From NCBI GenBank assembly GCA_965235115.1, contig OZ249440.1:34474001-34538000 (forward strand): a DNA stretch of 64,000 nucleotides, given 5' to 3'. Positions within the stretch are counted from its first letter, which is position 1, and each line of letters opens with the position of its first letter. Both the position numbers and the translations under genes were made by a program. The notes beneath the pieces were generated by a model. That model was not told the origin of the DNA, ran no database searches, and worked only from the letters and a program-made list of their open reading frames with translations. Positions 60,129-64,000 of this stretch are shown here, piece after piece. The DNA is from Laetmonice hystrix. Taxonomy: Eukaryota.

Positions 60129-60634
60129 TCACCCATATTTTGCACCAGTCGCCTGGACTATAAGCTGTATTCACTGAGATGACCACATGTTGGGTATGGA
60201 AAAAACTGGAGTCCCGCTTCAGAAAAAAGTAAATAAATTCGTTTCAAGACCAGGGCCCGGTTTTTTGGTCGTCGTTTCAGAGTCATGCTCATCTCATCTC
60301 ATCTCATGGTGAGCCTGGGATGACCTCAGTGGAGACGGAGCCCAAATCGGGGGTTTTTAGTTGAGATGAAACTTTGGTGGCTTTGGTTCAATTCAGACAT
60401 TGTCTCTCAGTCGTCTCACTGGCCGAAAATGGAATAATCGTGACGACACAATGGGTGCAACAATCACCAGTCCATTGTGACGTAACAAAGGTGACTAGCG
60501 ATACTGCGCTCACTGCGAATTTTTCATGTCAGCTTTTTCTGGGTATCTATCGTCATGGTTACATAATAACAAGCTAGGTGTCTTACGGTTTCTGTTCATT
60601 TCTCACAGCCTAGTCCTGGTTATATGGTGGCAAG

Positions 60635-61097
60635 CAGGGGCGGATCCAGGATTTTTAAGACCGGCTGATGGGGGGGGGGGGTGCTATGGAAAAAGGGCAC
60701 TTTCTCAAACCGCCCCCCCCCCCAAGTGAGTAGTCTAAACAGTCAAATAAAAGTGGCATGTAGGCCTATGCACATAATCAACAGGGCCGTAATTTCTGAG
60801 TGTGGGGGCAGTCGGGGGCAGATCCAGGAATTTGGTAAATGGGTGCTCCCCCATGATGTGAGCACCGAAGGTGCGAGAAGTTCATGAATGGGGGGTCTGC
60901 AGAAAAAAAATTAAATTACAGTGCCAAATACGCGTTATAGACAAGTCTTTAGGTCTATAATAGGCCTAGACAATTAGACATTTAACTTTTAAAAATATTT
61001 CGTAAAAATAGAAAAGGGCACTCGGGGGGGGGGAGAGAAAAGGGCACTTGGGGTGAGGGGGGTGCGCACCCCCTGCACCCTCCTGGATCCGCCACTG
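60635..61097. mobile_element. hAT-like MITE with 6-bp TSD (GGCAAG)
   Basis: CAGGGGCGGATCCAGGA / TCCTGGATCCGCCACTG. Confidence 0.85.
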
Positions 61098-63114
61098 GGC
61101 AAGTGTTAATAGTGTTCAGATCAACTGTACCAAGCCATCGAAGAATAAAAGAAGAAAAGTACAATAGTACAACTTGTACTTAGTCTGGGTCTTTCAATAT
61201 TACAGGATAAAATGGGATACAATTACAGAAACTGTATCGATTGTCAACCATGTCTGCTAATCAAAGAGCTTTGTGAACTGTGGGTTTTCCATGGAGTATT
61301 ATTGGTAACTATACTATAGGGAGTATACAGGCACTAACTGGCCGCTCTGGCAGATGTTTTAAAATTTTTAACGAAATTTAGATTAGATTCCAGTTGCTTT
61401 CATCCTCGTACATTGTTTGAACTGGTCTTGTTCAGTTTTTTGGTGCAGAATTGTGAGATGTTTTATTGCTGCCGCAATGATTGTGGGGATGTCATCAATG
61501 GTCAGCGAGGTGGTGAATTTGATAATCCCCCACTCAAATCAGTTAGGGAGGAGTTCGTTTACCACTTTCCGCAGCTCATTAGTTTATCTCATTGCCTGAA
61601 GCTGAGAGAAAATATATGTTTTTATGGCTGCCACACTTTCCTAGCCTGGTCCCCGGTGCATACCATACGCATCCGCTATGTTAGGCCCGGTGATGGCTAA
61701 CAGAAAGCTGTAAAACGGAAGTGGTTATCTCCAAGCACTTCCGCCTCGGAGCTAATCACTTCCGCCTCCGGTCCGTTTGTCAGCGTTAACAGAGTGATTG
61801 ACTTCTGCTTGGAGCGTGGCAGGGAGTGGCCAACATGCATGTGCGTATGCAGACCGTAGCAGGTATGGGAACTGGGGTGTATGTCCAAACGTTACGGACA
61901 GTGCTGAAGTACCATTGCAGAGCGTTATGGGGGGGGGGGGGGTTAGATTTGGCCCAAAATAGCGTTACGTAATTTTTGAAAGGTCCCATATTACTTTTTC
62001 ACTGCCGTCGAGTGTTTTCACCCCCGTGTGTAAATAGGCTCCAGGCCTTGCGTTTTGAGGTGCGCGATCGCTCTCGCGCACCATCGCGCACCTAAATTCT
62101 CTTTTTGGCGCGTGAATTTTCGCGCTCCATGGCTTAGGAAAACGAGCTACAACTGTACACAAGGGGAGGTGGGCTAATGACGCCATGGCAGTGACAGCAA
62201 AATTGGGCAGCAACCGTCAACCGTATGAAACATGCTGAGACGTGTATCAGCTAGATGCTTCACCAGACTGGTCATAGTGTGAAAACTCACTGTCCAAACG
62301 CAAGGGTCACCATCACCTCCCATTGTTAATCGGGCTGTTACTTTTCCTGGGCATTGAAAACAATAGGGCACACCTTTATTTTTGGAAGCCATCATATATT
62401 CACACGTAAAACAATGGGTGTTGGAGGAACACCATGCAGCTTTTGGTATATAGCAGGCTATAGTTCCCACTGGGAACCTAGAGACCCAGGGATAATATAC
62501 TGAACTAACTTCTTGACCATCCTCAGACACATGAGTGTACATCTATAAGCCGCACCCCCAATCTATGATTAGTTTGAGGAGGAAAAAAGTGCAGCTTGGA
62601 CACAGAAGATTACGGTTCAAGAAAGGAATTCATACTGCTGGATTCAGTACTTTTATATTGTTTAAATTATCTTATGGTATCAGTTTCTGAAATATAATTC
62701 ATCAGTCAATGTATTATAAACATGGAACATTCAATTGATGTAACAAAGTGTCATTTTAGACAGGAGAGCAAATCACTCTCCTGAGCATTTTTAGGAGGAC
62801 TGTTAATAGCTCTCCACCATTTTTCAAACTGCAAGGCCTGAGGCTCTTCCGCATTCTTAACGTAAGTTTAATATAACAGCCTGGAGGGGTGACAGCGTAT
62901 GATAGCAAAGCGGAAACTATGCACCAAAACTCAACCAAGTGCCATATTTGTATAATATTTTTCAGTCTCAATTCCATATTTATAACGACACGTCTGTTTT
63001 AAGTTGCATCCCAGTTTTGAAATTTCACCTTTTTAACTTTCCAGAAAACTACTCAATTAACTAGGACATGGGTTGTCAACTGGTAACTTTCTGTTTGATG
63101 TCAAGTTCCATTAA

Positions 63115-63651
63115 AGGGAAATGTGAGTGTTCAAAGCGCCACCTAGTGAGTCGCGTTGGTACCACTGGGGAAATGTGAGTATTCAAAGTGCCACGTAGTG
63201 AGCTTTAACAGAAAAGTGTTTGGCTTAATTATGCAGTCAACTAGTTTGATGTGGAAATCTGTAGTATTTTTTAAACCATGAACCAAACTGTGTGCCAGAA
63301 CCTGTCTACTCCATTGAATGCTATAGTTAAGACCCGTGTTTTACCAAGGCACTGACTGTAACTTTTTTTTTAATTTGGTGACCCTCAATATTAGTCCTGA
63401 TCCACTTTATCTTGTCACCAAGTTTCAGGAAAAAATTGGTGGTCATTTTTTAAATATTAGTCAAAATGTCTGAAAAATCCTGTTTTTCTCATTGAAACCT
63501 ATAGTAAAGAGGCCTGTATAAAAAAATCCAATTCGGTGACATATGATTTTTTTTGTTTCTTTGTACTCCTAAGGACAAAGGCTATCCCCCATAAAAATAT
63601 TTTGAAAATTCTAGTGGTCAATCAAATTCCGTCGAACACTCACATTTCCCT
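63115..63651. mobile_element. Kolobok-type MITE (second family)
   Basis: TTAA|AGGGAAATGTGAGTGTTC ... GAACACTCACATTTCCCT|TTAA. Confidence 0.9.
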
Positions 63652-64000
63652 TTAAATGCATTACACTACATTTCATAGTACTAAGCTGAGCCCAAGTGGG
63701 AAGGGGCTTTTGTAAAGAATTGCCTGGAGATATTGGATAACTTAGTTTCAGTTAGTAAAGTTCATGTTGTGTATGCACATTAGCCCTAGACACCCCATGA
63801 CACATCATAGGTCGACATGGTGTCCTGGAGGAAAGGCGACTGGAGGTTATCATCACCGTCAAAGGGGCATGCTATGGAACACGTTTTGTTGGATTTCCGG
63901 CAATTGTCCAACATGACCGTGTACTAGGGATCCAAGTAAATAATCCTACCACAGCATTTTGTCCTCTGACGTGTTTTCGCTGCCTATGCAAAGGAAAGGA

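Noticed and set aside
61400..63000. Several short ORFs near the window end
   Set aside because: No recognisable motifs or consistent exon structure

Overview
Eukaryotic (animal, probably lophotrochozoan/mollusc-like; this is an inference from TE content and the Nin-domain SINE) transposable-element-dense region with no clearly intact host gene. It is dominated by an apparently recently active I-group (I/Nimb-like) non-LTR retrotransposon with APE-RT-RNase H ORF2 and an (ACTC)n tail. There is one full-length copy (32556-38227, 14-bp TSD), one 5'-truncated copy with intact ORF2 flanked by a 178-bp direct duplication (12644-17496), and at least five fragments. A tRNA-derived SINE has a similar tail. 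These sit among nested, decayed relics of Helitron, Harbinger, Merlin, an unclassified CxxH transposase, an Academ-type RecQ helicase, Gypsy, ISL2EU, BEL/Pao, Penelope, Ginger1 and Crypton elements, plus many MITEs and tandem arrays. Most notable: a LINE-ORF1-like reading frame running into a NADAR/YbiA-like domain, matching predicted H-type pseudoknots at both ends of the LINE, the 178-bp target duplication, and the LINE/SINE pair including a 31-bp minimal insertion. Family assignments come from recognising motifs by eye, with no database searches, and boundaries of decayed relics are approximate.
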